From contig OZ024741.1 of the NCBI GenBank assembly GCA_964016885.1, forward strand, positions 387,376,001 through 387,440,000: a stretch of 64,000 bases of DNA. Direction: 5' to 3'. This document shows, piece by piece, positions 1 to 13,162 of this stretch. The notes below the pieces were generated by a model, which made no database searches, was not told the DNA's origin, and saw only the letters and a program-made list of their open reading frames with translations. The translations under genes and the position numbers were made by a program. Position 1 is the first letter of the stretch; every line of letters begins with the position of its first letter. The DNA comes from Eledone cirrhosa (Eukaryota).

Positions 1-1035
1 AGCAGTAAATAGCAAAAGCTCACAAGAAATAATCTCTATTAAATGCTCAGAGGGCTCTATAGAAGTAGTTGATAGCTTCTGTTACCTGGGTGGCCAAATT
101 AGCAATAGAAGTGGGTGTTCTGTAAGTACAGTAGCTAGAGTAAGAATGGGAGGGAAAAAGTTCACGGGACTACTACTACCGCTGCTAGCTACAAAAGGTT
201 TTTACATCAAAATGAAAAGCAGAATGCATGACGCTTGTGAACAAACAGCAATATTGAATGAAAGTGAGACCTGGGTGCTGTGTGCAGAGAACCTGCAAAG
301 ATTACAAAGAAATGAAGCTTGCATGCTCCGATGGATATGTAATAGTAGTGTGCATGAATGGTGAAGCATCAATAAACTGAGAGAGAAACTGCGAATAAGA
401 GAGATGCAGTGTACAGGAAAGGAGATTGCATTGGTATGGAGGATGACAGCTATATAAAAAGGTGCAGGAAGCTGAAGGAAACTAAGAAAGAGGAAGACCT
501 TGGAAAGCTTGGGATGAAGTGATAAAAACTGACCTTGCACAAACCTCACAAAAGTGATGACACAAGATCAAGATTTCTGGCGATATGCAGTACTGCAGAA
601 GACCCACTTTCCCATGTGCACAGGATGAAACAAACATCCAATAGTTTCCAAACACCACTCATACACATTTCCATATCTTAATACCCCCCCCCCCCCCCCC
701 CTCTTCACCAGCTGAGTATCCCACTATAGACCTCCCACACTCACCTCTGCCACCCACCCTCCAAACCCTGCCTTTCACACCCCCAACCATACCATGCATA
801 CAAGCATAGAAAGTTGGATGTGCTCCACACCTGCTCTACCGCAGTGCTGCTGCTATGACAATAAGCAAAAAGCACTTAGTTCACCCTGTAAGGTTGTGCT
901 GGTGACAAAAAAGCCCCCAGTGTACCCTGTTAGTTGGTTGGGCTGGTGACACAACAAAAAGCACTTATTTCACTCTGTAAGGTGGCCATGCTGGTGACAA
1001 GACAAAAAGCTCCCAGTCTACCCTGTAAGAGGTGT
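1..1035 (+). mobile_element. degenerate RTE LINE 3' part
   Basis: Frameshifted VDSFCYLG...GGKKFTGLLLPLLATKGF...[10 protein letters not shown], followed by RTE-type 3' UTR repeats. Confidence 0.85.
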
Positions 1036-1400
1036 GTATGAAAGGCAAAGCTAACCGCAGCAGGATTTGAACTCAGAACGTAAATGGCCATACCTTCATG
1101 CTGTAAAGCATATTGTCCAATGCTCTACCGATACTGTCAATTCACCACCCTATTTATTAATTAATAATAACACATTAAGGGTTTAACAGTAAGAAGACAC
1201 CAAATAAAAAAGAATATATAAAGAAATTGTTTTAACCTTTCTGATAATAACCTGGCCAAAACCAGCTTTGGCTCTACAAAATAAACCTACACATTTTAAA
1301 AGATTCCTAATTAAATAAAAATCTTCTAAACTAACTCTATATAATAACCATATGTTAAATTATAATATTAATCAAATAATTAATAATTTTAAAGCAATTT

Positions 1401-1472
1401 GAAGGTGTTGATGTGTCACCAGTTATTTACCTGTCCCTTTCAGGTAAATAACAGGTGACACACCAACATCTT
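1401..1472. repeat. compact inverted repeat or hairpin
   Basis: GAAGGTGTTGATGTGTCACCAGTTATTTACCTG-tcccttt-CAGGTAAATAACAGGTGACACACCAACATCTT, a ~32-bp stem with 3 mismatches. Confidence 0.85.
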
Positions 1473-1789
1473 TGTTACCTTCAATTTATTCTAGAATCTA
1501 CTGTCCACTTTGTATTATTGTCGCCTTCAAATAACATACTACTTTATACACTAACAATGATTCAAGCAAACTACAACACCCGAATAATTTTAGTAAATCC
1601 TTAAAATCCTTCATTAATTAACTAAAATAGAGGGTATTTTATTAGAGATATAGCCATGAAATGGTTAACAATATCTAGAACATTGAAATTCAAATAAAAT
1701 ATATAAAAATATATGGAAGAATAAGAAAAAATATTGTAAAATATAAATTATCAACAAATAGAGCTGAATGAGTAGAAGTATATTGGGAG

Positions 1790-2095
1790 ATCTCAGCTCC
1801 AAAACTACGGACATGTGCTTAGAATGTCTCGGGAAAGAATCGCTGGACAGATTTTACAGGCAGAACCAACTGGCGAGAGACCCAGGGGTAGACACAAAAC
1901 AAGATGTTTGGATAACATCCATGAGCTCAGCTGGTCTCACTTGGAGATCCAGCTGGATCAATTGGAGACAGTTGATTCTGACTGAATCCACTGGAAAGAG
2001 TGTTTAAGGACTCTACCCTCATGATCCTCTCAGGAATAAGTGGAAGGAGGAGAAGGAGAAAAAGATAGAAGAGAGAAGAAAAAAAAGAAGAGGAG
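1790..2095 (+). mobile_element. RTE-group LINE 3' remnant with purine-rich tail
   Basis: GHVLRMSRERIAGQILQAEPTGERPRGR.KTR. Related pieces lie at ~12660-12825 and ~28750-28845. Confidence 0.55.
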
Positions 2096-2165
2096 GAGTA
2101 GAGTAGAGTAGAAGTATTTCAAAAAGATCAAGTGAAAAGTTAACTAAAATGTTCAATCAACTCAC

Positions 2166-2219
2166 TCTAGTCACTGTTGCATCCTCAACTAACATGTTTT
2201 CATTTTTTATTCCTTTTCC
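2166..2219 (-). CDS. candidate 54-nt in-frame cassette exon in MED8 intron (GKGIKNENMLVEDATVTR)
   Basis: ttttttttatttgtctttaaag|54 nt open in phase 0|gtgagt. Splice signals only; no clear homology. Confidence 0.3.
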
Positions 2220-2345
2220 CTTTAAAGACAAATAAAAAAAAATAAAGTATAAAACAAAAACACCTGAGTAAAAAAAACATATATAAATGTTTTCTTAACA
2301 TTCAATGTCATTCTCAGTTGAGCCTGGAGTTTATTATTTATAGAA

Positions 2346-2799
2346 CTAGCTGGCCCTGTGCCATAAAAAATGACAGCTAATTGTTGTATTTTATATATAA
2401 AAAGGGTACAAAACCAAGTTTTTAATTTAATAATTCCTTTATTACAAACTTTCCTGTGAGAAAACTACTCGCAACTAATATAGATAACTGAGATAATATC
2501 TTGGTGTATTCATTTATAAATATATACACATATACTCACACCAGTGATATAAACAAATACACATACATTCAACAATAATTGTTTCTACTTTTGGCACAAG
2601 GCCAGCAATTACCCAGTGCATTACTGGTACTTTATTTTATCGACCCCGTAAGGATGAAAGGCAAAGTCAACCTCAATAGCTGATGTTTTGTAGCAAATTA
2701 GCTACACATATACACACACAAGTGTAACGAATCTTAGAACACTTGTCTTCTATAGTTTCTCACCACCCCTTTCCTTCCTCAGTCAGTCATCAATATAGA
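2346..2799 (-). mobile_element. non-autonomous Helitron-like element with nested SINE piece
   Basis: - strand A|TCTATAT ... degenerate hairpin ... CTAG|T, i.e. inserted in an A^T target without TSD. Confidence 0.4.
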
Positions 2800-2821
2800 T
2801 GTGTGTGTATGTAATAATTAA

Positions 2822-3029
2822 CCCTTTAGCATTTAAACTGGCCATATCCGGCCAGAATTCTCTTACATCTTTCTGTTCAAAGTGGCTGTAACCGACCACT
2901 CATACTGACGTTATGGTCTTGTTCTCAAAATAAAAAATATCAAAATCTCATAGATTCGATATTATGTGAAGTAAAGCCTTTACCACGAAAATACTATAGT
3001 AAATATAGAGTAATGTAAATGCTAAAGGG
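2822..3029. mobile_element. piggyBac-like MITE
   Basis: TTAA|CCCTTTAGCATTTA ... TAAATGCTAAAGGG|TTAA, a perfect 14-bp TIR with TTAA duplication. Confidence 0.85.
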
Positions 3030-3716
3030 TTAATGTTTAATGTATGTGTAGATGTGTGTGTGTTTGTAATTCTATTGTCTGCGTATCTTTTCCTTTCAAA
3101 GTGTGACAGACAAATATATAAACACACATTGGATATTATTATAGTTGATGAGATATACTGAAGTGAGAGAGCTACAACATAGTGATTACAATACTGGCCA
3201 ACCAACTGGGTTTGTTTTCATGACCAAATCACTTAGCCCTTCTGATATCACACTGCCCTTGTTTCTATGATGCAAAGTCATTTGTTTTAACCCTTTACCA
3301 TTTACATTACACTGTATTTTCATGGCAAAGGCTTTATCTCACATAATCTCAAATTTATGAGATTTTGATGACGTTAGTGTTTATTTTGAGAACGATATAA
3401 TTAGAGGAAGAGGACCTCAAATTTAGAGCAAGTCAATTGCATTGACCCCTAGTATCTAAGTTATTTCATTTAATTAACCTCGAAAGGATGAAAAGCAAAG
3501 TTGACTTCATTAAGATTAACTTAGAACTTTTATATGGCACTAATAAATTTGTATGATAATGATTGTACTATAATTTTTGTCTGCGTGTTACAGAAATAAT
3601 ATCTTACAAAAACATACAATTAGAATTCAAGGAACAGAAATATTGATGCTTCTTTCAAATTTCTTATTGCTCAATGATTCTAAAAATAGATTTCATAGTC
3701 AAACAACGTTGATGCT

Positions 3717-4038
3717 TCTATATATAAATTTGAGCGACTTCCGTTTGTCCTTCCATCACACAATGTGTGTGTGTGTGAATATATGTGTGTGTAAAAGGAA
3801 GGAAGGGGATGATGAAAAAAACTATAGTAAAACAGTGGCTGGCGTTCCATTTATTACGCTGTGTGTGAGTATGTGTGAGTTTGTGTAAATGTGTGTTTTT
3901 GTGAGAATGTATGTCTGTGAGTGTGTTTTTGTAAGTGTGTGTGCTTGCATGTTTATATTTATATACTCATACATATAAATGTATGCATATCCACATACAC
4001 ACACATTAACGCGTTAGCGCGTTTATAAAAAATTCTAG
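3717..4038 (+). mobile_element. non-autonomous Helitron-like element
   Basis: Starts TCTATATATAAA, has internal (TG)n, a subterminal hairpin AACGCG-TTAG-CGCGTT (4008-4023) and ends CTAG|T. The 5' flank is T rather than the canonical A. Confidence 0.5.
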
Positions 4039-4949
4039 TCTTTCAAATTCACAAACATATATATATATATCATCATCACTGTTTAGTGTCCATTTTTCCA
4101 TGCTTGCATGGGTTAGACAGGTCGTCCACGTTATGAGACAAGTCTGGCCAGTTAGCCGCTTCGTAACTAGCTCAAACGGGACAGTATTTTAACAGGGATT
4201 TTTACATCTAGATGCCCTTCCTAACACCAACCACGTTTACAGTGTGGAACTGATTGGTCCTGTCATAAGACAAGTCTGGCCAAATGGCCGCACCGTACCT
4301 TGCACATATCAGGACTGTGTGTTGGCTGGATTTTTACGGCTGCTGGATGCCCTTCCCACCACCAACCATGTTTACAGTGTGGAACTGGGTGGCACCATTA
4401 TGAGACAAGTCTAGCCAGTTGGTCACGCCATACCTTCTTCAAATAGAACTGTATTTTTACAGCTGGCTGCCTTTCCTAACACCAACCACATTTACAGTGT
4501 GGAGCAGTTAAGTTGAATTATCTCTAATTTCTTTTCATTAATATTTCATCTAATCCTTTTGATAATTTTGATAATTTACTTTGTATTTCATATTTCACTC
4601 TCTTACCTACAAATTCCAACTCCCATACAAGCGCTTTGCCATCATCCCACCCCCTACTACTCTGTAGCCAAACAAATCTGCTGTCCTTTCCTCATGCTAG
4701 GTCATATAGTATTTTAGCTGTACTAAATTGAGAAAGAAACCATCTTTTGTTTACTATGTACAAAATTCGTGTTTTAACTTCCATCGATTTAATAATTAAT
4801 TCGATTATTTTAAAATCTACTTTCAAGCTTATATTTTATTCTTTAATTTACTCAACAGCTACACCTTATGTCTTCAATATCTTAAACATTTTCCCGCCCT
4901 CCCACCACCATAGCACAGTTCAATGAAAACACAGGAGAGCAACATCTTA

Positions 4950-7915
4950 TCACCTAACTAAATCACCTACACACCTGTCCACCCCTACAGGTAATATTTG
5001 CACCACTAACACCATCTGGAAAGGTAATGGCAGCAGGCCTGGAGGTGTAGGTACTATGCTAGTAGAAAAATGGGTGTACAAGGTAATAGCAGTAAATGGA
5101 ATAAATAGTAGAATCATTACACTTAAGCTCATCTTAAATTGACAATGGTATCAATCATGTCTGTTTATGCACCCCAATCTGGCCTTCCAGAGGACCTGTT
5201 CTACATGTCCCTAATAAGTGCAACATCCCAAACCAGTAACATCAACTTCACCATTTTGCAGGCGACTTCAATGGATATGTGGGGAGACTAAGTGATGAAT
5301 TCCATGGGGTCCATGGAGGTTTTGGGTTTGGCACAAGAAACGAGGAAGCACTGAGGCTCCTGGAATTCTGTATTGCCAACAAACTGACTATCTGCAATAC
5401 AAACTTTAAGAAACCATCAAATCAACTGATCACCTATAGTTCAGGGGAGCACACCAGCCAAATTGACTATATCCTCACCAGAAGACAATACAGAACAACT
5501 GTCTTAAACACAAAAATCAGTTGGGAGCTGCAACCACAATTGGAGTGCGAGACTGGATGGCACTGTTATGAGGAGGGACAGGCCAGCTGGTCATCCCAAA
5601 ATCTTCACAAAGTGGAACCATAGTTTGGGTGCTGCAACCACATTTGAAGAGTGGAACTAGATGGCACCACTATGTGGACAGACAGGCCAGTTGGCCATGC
5701 TAAACCCATCTCACTGCGGAACCTCAGTTTGGGAGCCACAATCACATTTACAGTGTAGTAATGTTACGAAGAGAGACAGGCCGGTTGGCCGCGCTGAACC
5801 CTTCTTACCGCTGAACCATAATTTAGGAGCCTGGAACTGAATGGCACCGCTATGAGTAGGAATAGGCCAGTTGGCCATGCTGAACCCTTCTCACAGCGGA
5901 ACCGTAGTTGGGAGCTGCAACCACATTTGCAATGTGGAAATGGATGGCACCGCTATCAGGAGGGCCACCAACAAAGTTAAAATTAACAATGAATACAGTG
6001 AGGAATTCAGTGTACAGGTAGGGGTTCACCAGCATTACGTCCTTAGCCTCCTCCAATTCATTATTGTCCTACTGGCTATAACAGAAGAACTTAAGACTGG
6101 TTGCCCATGGGAACTCCTATATGCTGACGACCTGTCTCTCTTAGATGAATCTATAACAGAAATAGAGAAGAAATTTCAGACATGGAGGCACAACTTAGAA
6201 ATAAAAGGCCTCAAATTCAACCCAGCTAAGACCAAAATCCCTGTGTGCAGAAAAGGAAACAAGGCTGTGATATCCTCTGGGAAATGGCCCAGCTTGGTAT
6301 GCAGGAAAGGAATTGGCAGAAATTCTATCCAGTGTCCCAAATACAAACAGTGGGTACACAAGATGTAGTGGGTAAACAGACAGGTTAGCAAAATACATGG
6401 ACTTCATATGAGGAACCACAGAGGTAGTAAACAAAGACCCTCAGGTAACATGCTCCTTCAAAGGCACAGAAGACGCCATAGAAATAGTTGATAGCTTCTG
6501 CTATCTGGGTGACGAAATTAGCTGCGGAGGTGGTTGCACAGAAAGCACAGTTGCCAGTAAGAATGGGTTGGAAAAAGTTCAGGGAGCTACTGCCAGTGCT
6601 AGCTACAAAAGATCTCTCACTCAAGATAAAAAGTAAGCTGTATGATGCCTGCGTGTGCATACAGCAATGCTACATGGAAGCAAAACATGGGCTCTGCATG
6701 CCAAGGATCTACGGTGATTTGAAAGAAACAACGCCTACATGATCAAATGGATGTGTAACAGAAATGTACGTGAATGGTAAAATGTAAATGAATTCAGAGC
6801 AAAACAGCATAAGAGGGATCAAATGCTGTGTGCAAGAGAGAAGACTGCAGTGGTATGGTCACATGATATGCATGAAAGATGACAGCTATTTGAAAAGATA
6901 TAGGGCTTTAAAGGTTGCAGGATGCCCCAGGAAGACATGGGATGAAATGATAAGAGTGGACCTGACTCAGCTGAATCTCCCAATGAGGATGACACAGGAC
7001 CGAGTCCTCTGGCGCTATAATGTACAACAGAAGACCTGTGTTGGCAACTCAACCCTTGAGTTGGCTCACAATGGCTCCACCCAGTACATTATGAGTAAGG
7101 CCTGACGTGACCAACTGGCCCAAATTCCTTCATAAACTATGGTTCCACTGTGAGCAGGGTATAGCACAGCCAACTAATGGTTGCGTTTCCCAAACTACAG
7201 TGCTGCTGTGAAAAGGGTTTGGCGCGGTCAACTGGCCTGTCCTTCCTCATAACGCTGCCATCTAGTTCCACTCTACAAATGTGGTTGCAGCACCCAAACT
7301 ATGATTCCACTTTAAAAATGGTTTGGCATGGCTAATTGGCCAGTCCCCCCTCATAGTGGTGTCACCCAGTTCCAGGCTTCCAAACTATGGTCCAGCTGTG
7401 AGAAAGGTTTGGTATGGCCAACTGGCCAGTCCTCCCCTCATAGCAGTGGCATTCAGTTCTGGGCTCCCAAACTGTGGTTCCAATGTGAAAAGGGCTCAGT
7501 GCGGCCAACTGGCCCATCCTTCCTCATAGTGGTATCATCCAGTCCCCACTGTAAACGTGGTTGCAGCTCCCAAGCTATGGTTCCACTGTGAGAAGGGTTC
7601 AGTGTGGCCAACTGGCGTGTCCCTCCTCATAGCAGTGCCATCCAGTTCCAAGCTCCTACACTGTGGTTCCGCTGTGAGAAGGGTTCGGCGCAGCCAACTG
7701 GCCTGTCCCTCCTCATAGAAGCACCATCCACTTCCACTCTGCAAATGTAGTTGGTGTTAGGAAGGGCATCTAGCTCTAAAAAATCCTGGCCACAGTTACA
7801 GTTCCATTGGAGCAAGGTATGGTGTGGCCAATCCTGGCCAGACTTGTCTCTCGAAGAGGATGACCTGTCTAACCCATGCAAGCATGGAAAATGGACATTA
7901 AAGGGTGACGATGAT
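4950..7915 (+). mobile_element. degenerate rearranged RTE LINE
   Basis: Endonuclease remnants at 4950-5520 (GDFNG, SQIDYIL), RT remnants at 5960-7040 (LLYADD), 3' UTR tandem array at 7090-7750, conserved gttggtgttaggaagggcatc motif and GAT tail near 7910. Confidence 0.85.
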
Positions 7916-10900
7916 AATATATATATAATGTATATTAACATACATGCAGAGGTAATACACATGTACCTATATAACACAACACACACACAGACAATATAGC
8001 CCCACCCCCTCCCACTGTAAAGTGGTCGTGGAGGCGCCATGGAAAAAAAGCACTCAGCACTCACTGTAAATGAGGTTGGTGTTAGGAAGGGCATCCAGCT
8101 GTAGAATCAAGCCAGAATCAGTTCCCGTATGAGCAAGACATGGTCAGCCGACCAGACACTGCCCACAACAGGACAACCCGTCTAACCCATGCTAGTGTGG
8201 AAGAATGGACGTAAAACGGTGATGATGATGTCCATAAAGTCTGTGTGCAATTTGAAATACTACAAGCATTTTATATTACATGTGGACTTTAGGGACACCC
8301 TGTATAATATATATATATACATCATACATACACACATTATGCACGAATATATGCCTATGTGCAGTACATATTATACATACATATATATAGAACATACGAT
8401 GTAACAGGCTAACTGTGAGAAGTAACGGGCGGGGGGAACCACTCATGTCTGCCACTCAGTAAACCGGATATTTATGGATAGGGGGCATATTTATATATGA
8501 GAAGGCTCCCAGTCCACACTGTAAATGTGGTTGGTGTTAGGAAGGGCATCCAGCCGTAGAAAACCTGCCAGAAATAGTTCTGTATGAGCGAAACACGGTC
8601 TCCCGATCAATCTCGCCTCAAGTGGGACAAAACCGTCCAACCCATTCTAGCGTGGAAAATGGATGTTAAACGATAAGGTACAGGGAGAGAAGTTATGCAA
8701 TGATTATGTCTGTTAACAAAAGGTTGAAACGAAAATAATTGACAGGAACACTGGAGAGTTTTCCCATTTATATTCAAAAGGCAAAACTATTTAGATGGAT
8801 ACATTTACTGTATAGTACACACTTCTCATACATGTTCACTTCTACCCCTTGTTGACATTCACACAGGTTTCTGTTAGATTACTTGTTTCAGTCATCAGAT
8901 TGCAGCCATGCTGGGGCACTATCGTTTTATATATGTAAGAGAGACAGAGAGTTGCTGATATTCTAGGACTTAAAAACATATTGTTATCACTTGTATTGAT
9001 GTGTCGGTGATCAATGTCTGTTGTAAGAATAAAGCTTTTATAAAAGACCATTAGAATGGTTTAGAATGGAAGCCAGGATTATGAATCTCTGATTGGTACA
9101 ACATCACTTAAAATAGCAGAAAAGATTTCATATCAGGGAGTTATTGTTGAAACAGACCATGATGCAACACATGTAGTTGCTTTTAAGAATGAATGACAGA
9201 ATGATAAAAAATACCACTTTCTAAATGTCAAATGTGAACAACTTAATAAAATATATTATTTTACCATAAATTGGTCAGTGATAGGAAGGGCATCCAGTTG
9301 TTGAAAGCTTGCCAAACAAAGAGTAGAGAGAATTCTTTAGTTGTGCCGAGGACATGATGACCTCACTGGTGTTGGTGCCACAATAAAATGTATGGTGCAC
9401 TCAGAGTGTGGGAATGTATGAGCTGTGATCACCGGATTGTCTGAGAGGTCAGTATTACTTGAACTGACTTGGTCTGTGACAACTTGTCCAGCCCTTGCTA
9501 TAAGGGGACATTAAATAATGATGATGTGATTAGGATTAATAATTCTTGCTACTTTAGGCACAAGGCCAACAATTACTCAGTGCATTACTGATACTTTATT
9601 TTATCGACCCCGTAAGGATGAAAGGCAAAGTTAACCTCGGCGGGATTTGAACTCAGAACGTAAAGGGAAATAATTCTATGCTGCAAAGCATGGTGTCTCC
9701 TGATACTGCCAATCCACTACCCTAGGACTAATTATGTTGCAATCTCAACTAGATGATATATAGTTAATATAGAACAAAGTTTTTTTTATTTTACAGCTCA
9801 CACTTAAACAAGTTTAGCCCCCACCTTTATATGAGGTTTCATCTAATAGGTTTCTTGAGTGTTCCAATGATAGGAGTCCCAGTCCTATCATGAAAAGGAG
9901 CAATGTGAAATGAAATGTCTTGCTTAAGAACATAAATGCAGTACCTGGTCCGGGAATCGAATTTACCACGTTATGATCATGAGTCCAACACCATAACCAC
10001 AAGGCCACATGTATTAACAGATGTCAAATTGACTTTACTTGAATAGATATTTTTAGATTGAAACTGTATTAAGCAAGATGCAGATCCCTGGCCTATCCAA
10101 GAGATTAGCAGCCTCGTTTCAGTACTGACCTAGTTCATATAAACCCGTCAAACCCTTGCTAACAGAAAAAGTGAACATTAAAATGACAAAGATGATGATG
10201 ATGTTCAGTATCATTTTCTATATCAGAACAATAAAGCCATAATAAGTTAAGCAATTAATCAAATAAAAATTTGCAGAAGAATTAAAATCTTGTAAAGGCT
10301 TGCAGTGAGTTGAGAAATAATTTTTCATAGAAGAGAAAATCATGCAAAAATAATTTGTAAGACAACATAAATGAATATACATAGACTGAAACATTACATA
10401 ATTTGTTGAAAGACACATGGTGATTTGTATTAACATAGAAATACACTGAAGTAACAGGAGTCTTTAGAGAAACATTCTTAGGCACAATAGGAAAGCTGTC
10501 TCAAAGTTAAAAGATAGAAATGAAAAAGATACATGTAGGATGAGAAAAAGAGAAAGATTTGAGAAGCATGCACAATATGAGAGTTATGTTAGTCTTAACT
10601 GAGAAGATTTTATATATCTTAGACAGGAATAAACTTCTGTTGGTTTCGACAATGAGCTTTCCTGTAGTTCATTCAACAGATCAGCCTGCTTGTGAAATTA
10701 ACGTGTAAGTGGCTGAGCATTCCACAGATAGACATACCCATATGTTATTCTCAAAGAGATCCAGCTTGACACAGTGTCATAAGGCTGGCCCTTTAATTTA
10801 CAGGTACAGTTCATTCAACGGGCTTCCAAACAGTTTCCGCCTACCCAATTTCACTCACAAGGCATGGTTTGAACCAAGGCTATGGTAAATTATATTTGCC

Positions 10901-10985
10901 CAAGATACCACACACTGAGGGACAGAGGGATGACAGGACACAAGCAAACAATACTAACAACATATAGGACATAAATACAACTTAC

Positions 10986-11006
10986 CTGGCTGTACAGCAT
11001 GTATGG
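10986..11006 (-). CDS. candidate 21-nt in-frame MED8 microexon (PYMLYSQ)
   Basis: tcctctgttattttgctgtatttctttgctgcag|CCATACATGCTGTACAGCCAG|gtaagt. Strong acceptor and consensus donor, length a multiple of 3, no stop in phase 0. No homology support. Confidence 0.5.
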
Positions 11007-11927
11007 CTGCAGCAAAGAAATACAGCAAAATAACAGAGGATGGTTTATATACACAGCTTAGATAAACAACAGTTAATGGAAGAAATATAACTAAGGCAAC
11101 ATCAATCAAAATAGTTTTGGTTAAATATTCTGGCACAATGAGTCATATTTTACACATCATAAAATTATTCTTTTACTGGTTTCAATCATTAGACTATTCT
11201 TTAAAAGAGTAGTCTAGTACATTGACCACCATACAGACGTACAAGTTCCTCACCCTGTCTATATCTTGAGCCCTAACAACCCATGCCAATAAAGAATGGA
11301 AAATGATGATGATAGTATAGCTGTTACATTTAGTTGAGTACACCTTGGTATTATGTACCATGCTTTCATTATGGTTCTTAGGTGCTCATGTAGTTGCAAG
11401 CAGACACAGATAATCACTCCCTTGATCCAACAAAACATCAACAATGTGACAGATGGAAAAAGAGAAAGCTGCACCAGCACTGGGTTGAATCTTTATCTTT
11501 ATTGATCCCGAAAGGATGAAAGAAAAAGTAAACCTCAGTGGGAGTTGAACTTGGAACACAGAGTTGGAACAAATATTCTATGCTCTAACCAATGCCAAAT
11601 TGCCTACCTTTTATATTAATTCTTACTATCCTGTACCACTAGAAACTATGTTAGCAAAACATTCTTGAAAAGTACAAAACAGCACTATGATTACACCACA
11701 ATAAAAATTAAAGTCTTTACTCTAAAACTGCAAATTTTCTCAACAATTTGTCCACTAATAAAGATACTATATACTAAAGTAAGAAAACTATTTTTAAACA
11801 TATTCTGCTGAATAATTACAGGATATTAAGAGTTAATAGAAGTTGAATAATCTTAAAAGATTGACACTAATAAAAAAAAAGTCAAGTGTATAATTCTATG
11901 CTGAGAAACAGTTTGCTCTCATCTTAC

Positions 11928-12068
11928 CTGTGCTGTGTCATGGCTGCTGGGACCCAATCTACAGGTGAGTTCATTGAATTTCTCTTCAACTTCAGGTTCT
12001 GGTTTAGTTCGCAAGTATACAGGAACAACTTCATGATTGAAAATCATTAATCGGCCTTCAGTTAATTT
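11928..12068 (-). CDS. MED8: MED8 coding exon 4
   Basis: tttgaaag|KLTEGRLMIFNHEVVPVYLRTKPEPEVEEKFNELTCRLGPSSHDTAQ|gtaaga, 141 nt. Contains the TEGR..F.HEVVP..LRTKP.PEVEE signature. Confidence 0.96.
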
Positions 12069-13017
12069 CTTTCAAAGAAAATAGAGAAAAAGAAAGCAAA
12101 TTGTTAAAGTATTGAATACCTTATCTCAAACTGTTGTCATGATTATTTTTGTTCTGTTACAGGTGTCAGTCATTAAACCAAGGCCATGCTGGTTTGTATC
12201 TCCTTCACCCTTTAGCGACCCCTTGTTTATTCCAGTCAATTTAAATGCTGATTTATTATTATTTCTTGGAGTCTTGTAGTTATTTCTCTGTTTAATAATG
12301 AGTGTGAAGGTTAGTGTAAAGTTCAAACACAAGGAATCGGACCCACAAAATTATGATTATAAGTCCAAACGCTTACCACTAGGCCACACACCTCCATAGA
12401 ATGAACATTATTTATTTAATCCATGTGTTACTCTTTGATACAAAGTCCCTTGCTGTACAGCATTTATATTTAAATTAAAACCTTCCATCACAATTTTATA
12501 AGAAAATTTTGTTTAGTAATGAAAAAGTTTTTCTAAATCCTAATATTATAAAAATCTTTTATTTGGTTTTGAAAGGGTTTTTCTAAATCTTTTCAAATTC
12601 CCCATTATTTCCAATATTAGAAACGTGAGTATATTTCAGTCATTTATGGCTAAGGTTAGACCTTAAGCAAGATGGTTGGATAACATCTATGAGTTCGGTT
12701 GGTCTTCCTTGGGGATCCAGCCAGATCAATTGGAGATAGTTGCTTCTGACAGGACTTGCTGGAAGGAGCATTTGAGGACTTTGGCCTCCAATCTCAGGAT
12801 TAAGTGGGTGAAGAAAAGAAGAGTATATTTCAATAAAAATATGGCTACAAAGTCATAGCATGACATCCATAAAACAGATTTTCAGATTAAAGGGTTAAGA
12901 AAACAACATTAAAACCAAGAAGCACTCGATCAAGATAGTAGTTTAAAAATAAATGATGGGTAAATAAACCCAAACAAAACAAGTAGCTTCAAATATTTAG
13001 AAACATTAGAAAGTTAC

Positions 13018-13162
13018 TTCAAGTTCTGGGTCTTTATCTGGAGAAAGTGCAAGTGGCAGTAAAACATAATTCTTTAGAGGTGGGATTTTTTCACTTTTTA
13101 ACAGACGTGTCAATGAATTCAGCTGTCCTGAGAGTAAGGCAAAATTATCGAGTGCATTTGGC
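13018..13162 (-). CDS. MED8: MED8 coding exon 3
   Basis: cttttcag|(W)[48 protein letters not shown]|gtaact, 145 nt. Phases fit both neighbours; matches MED8 [16 protein letters not shown]...LSPDRD. Confidence 0.96.
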
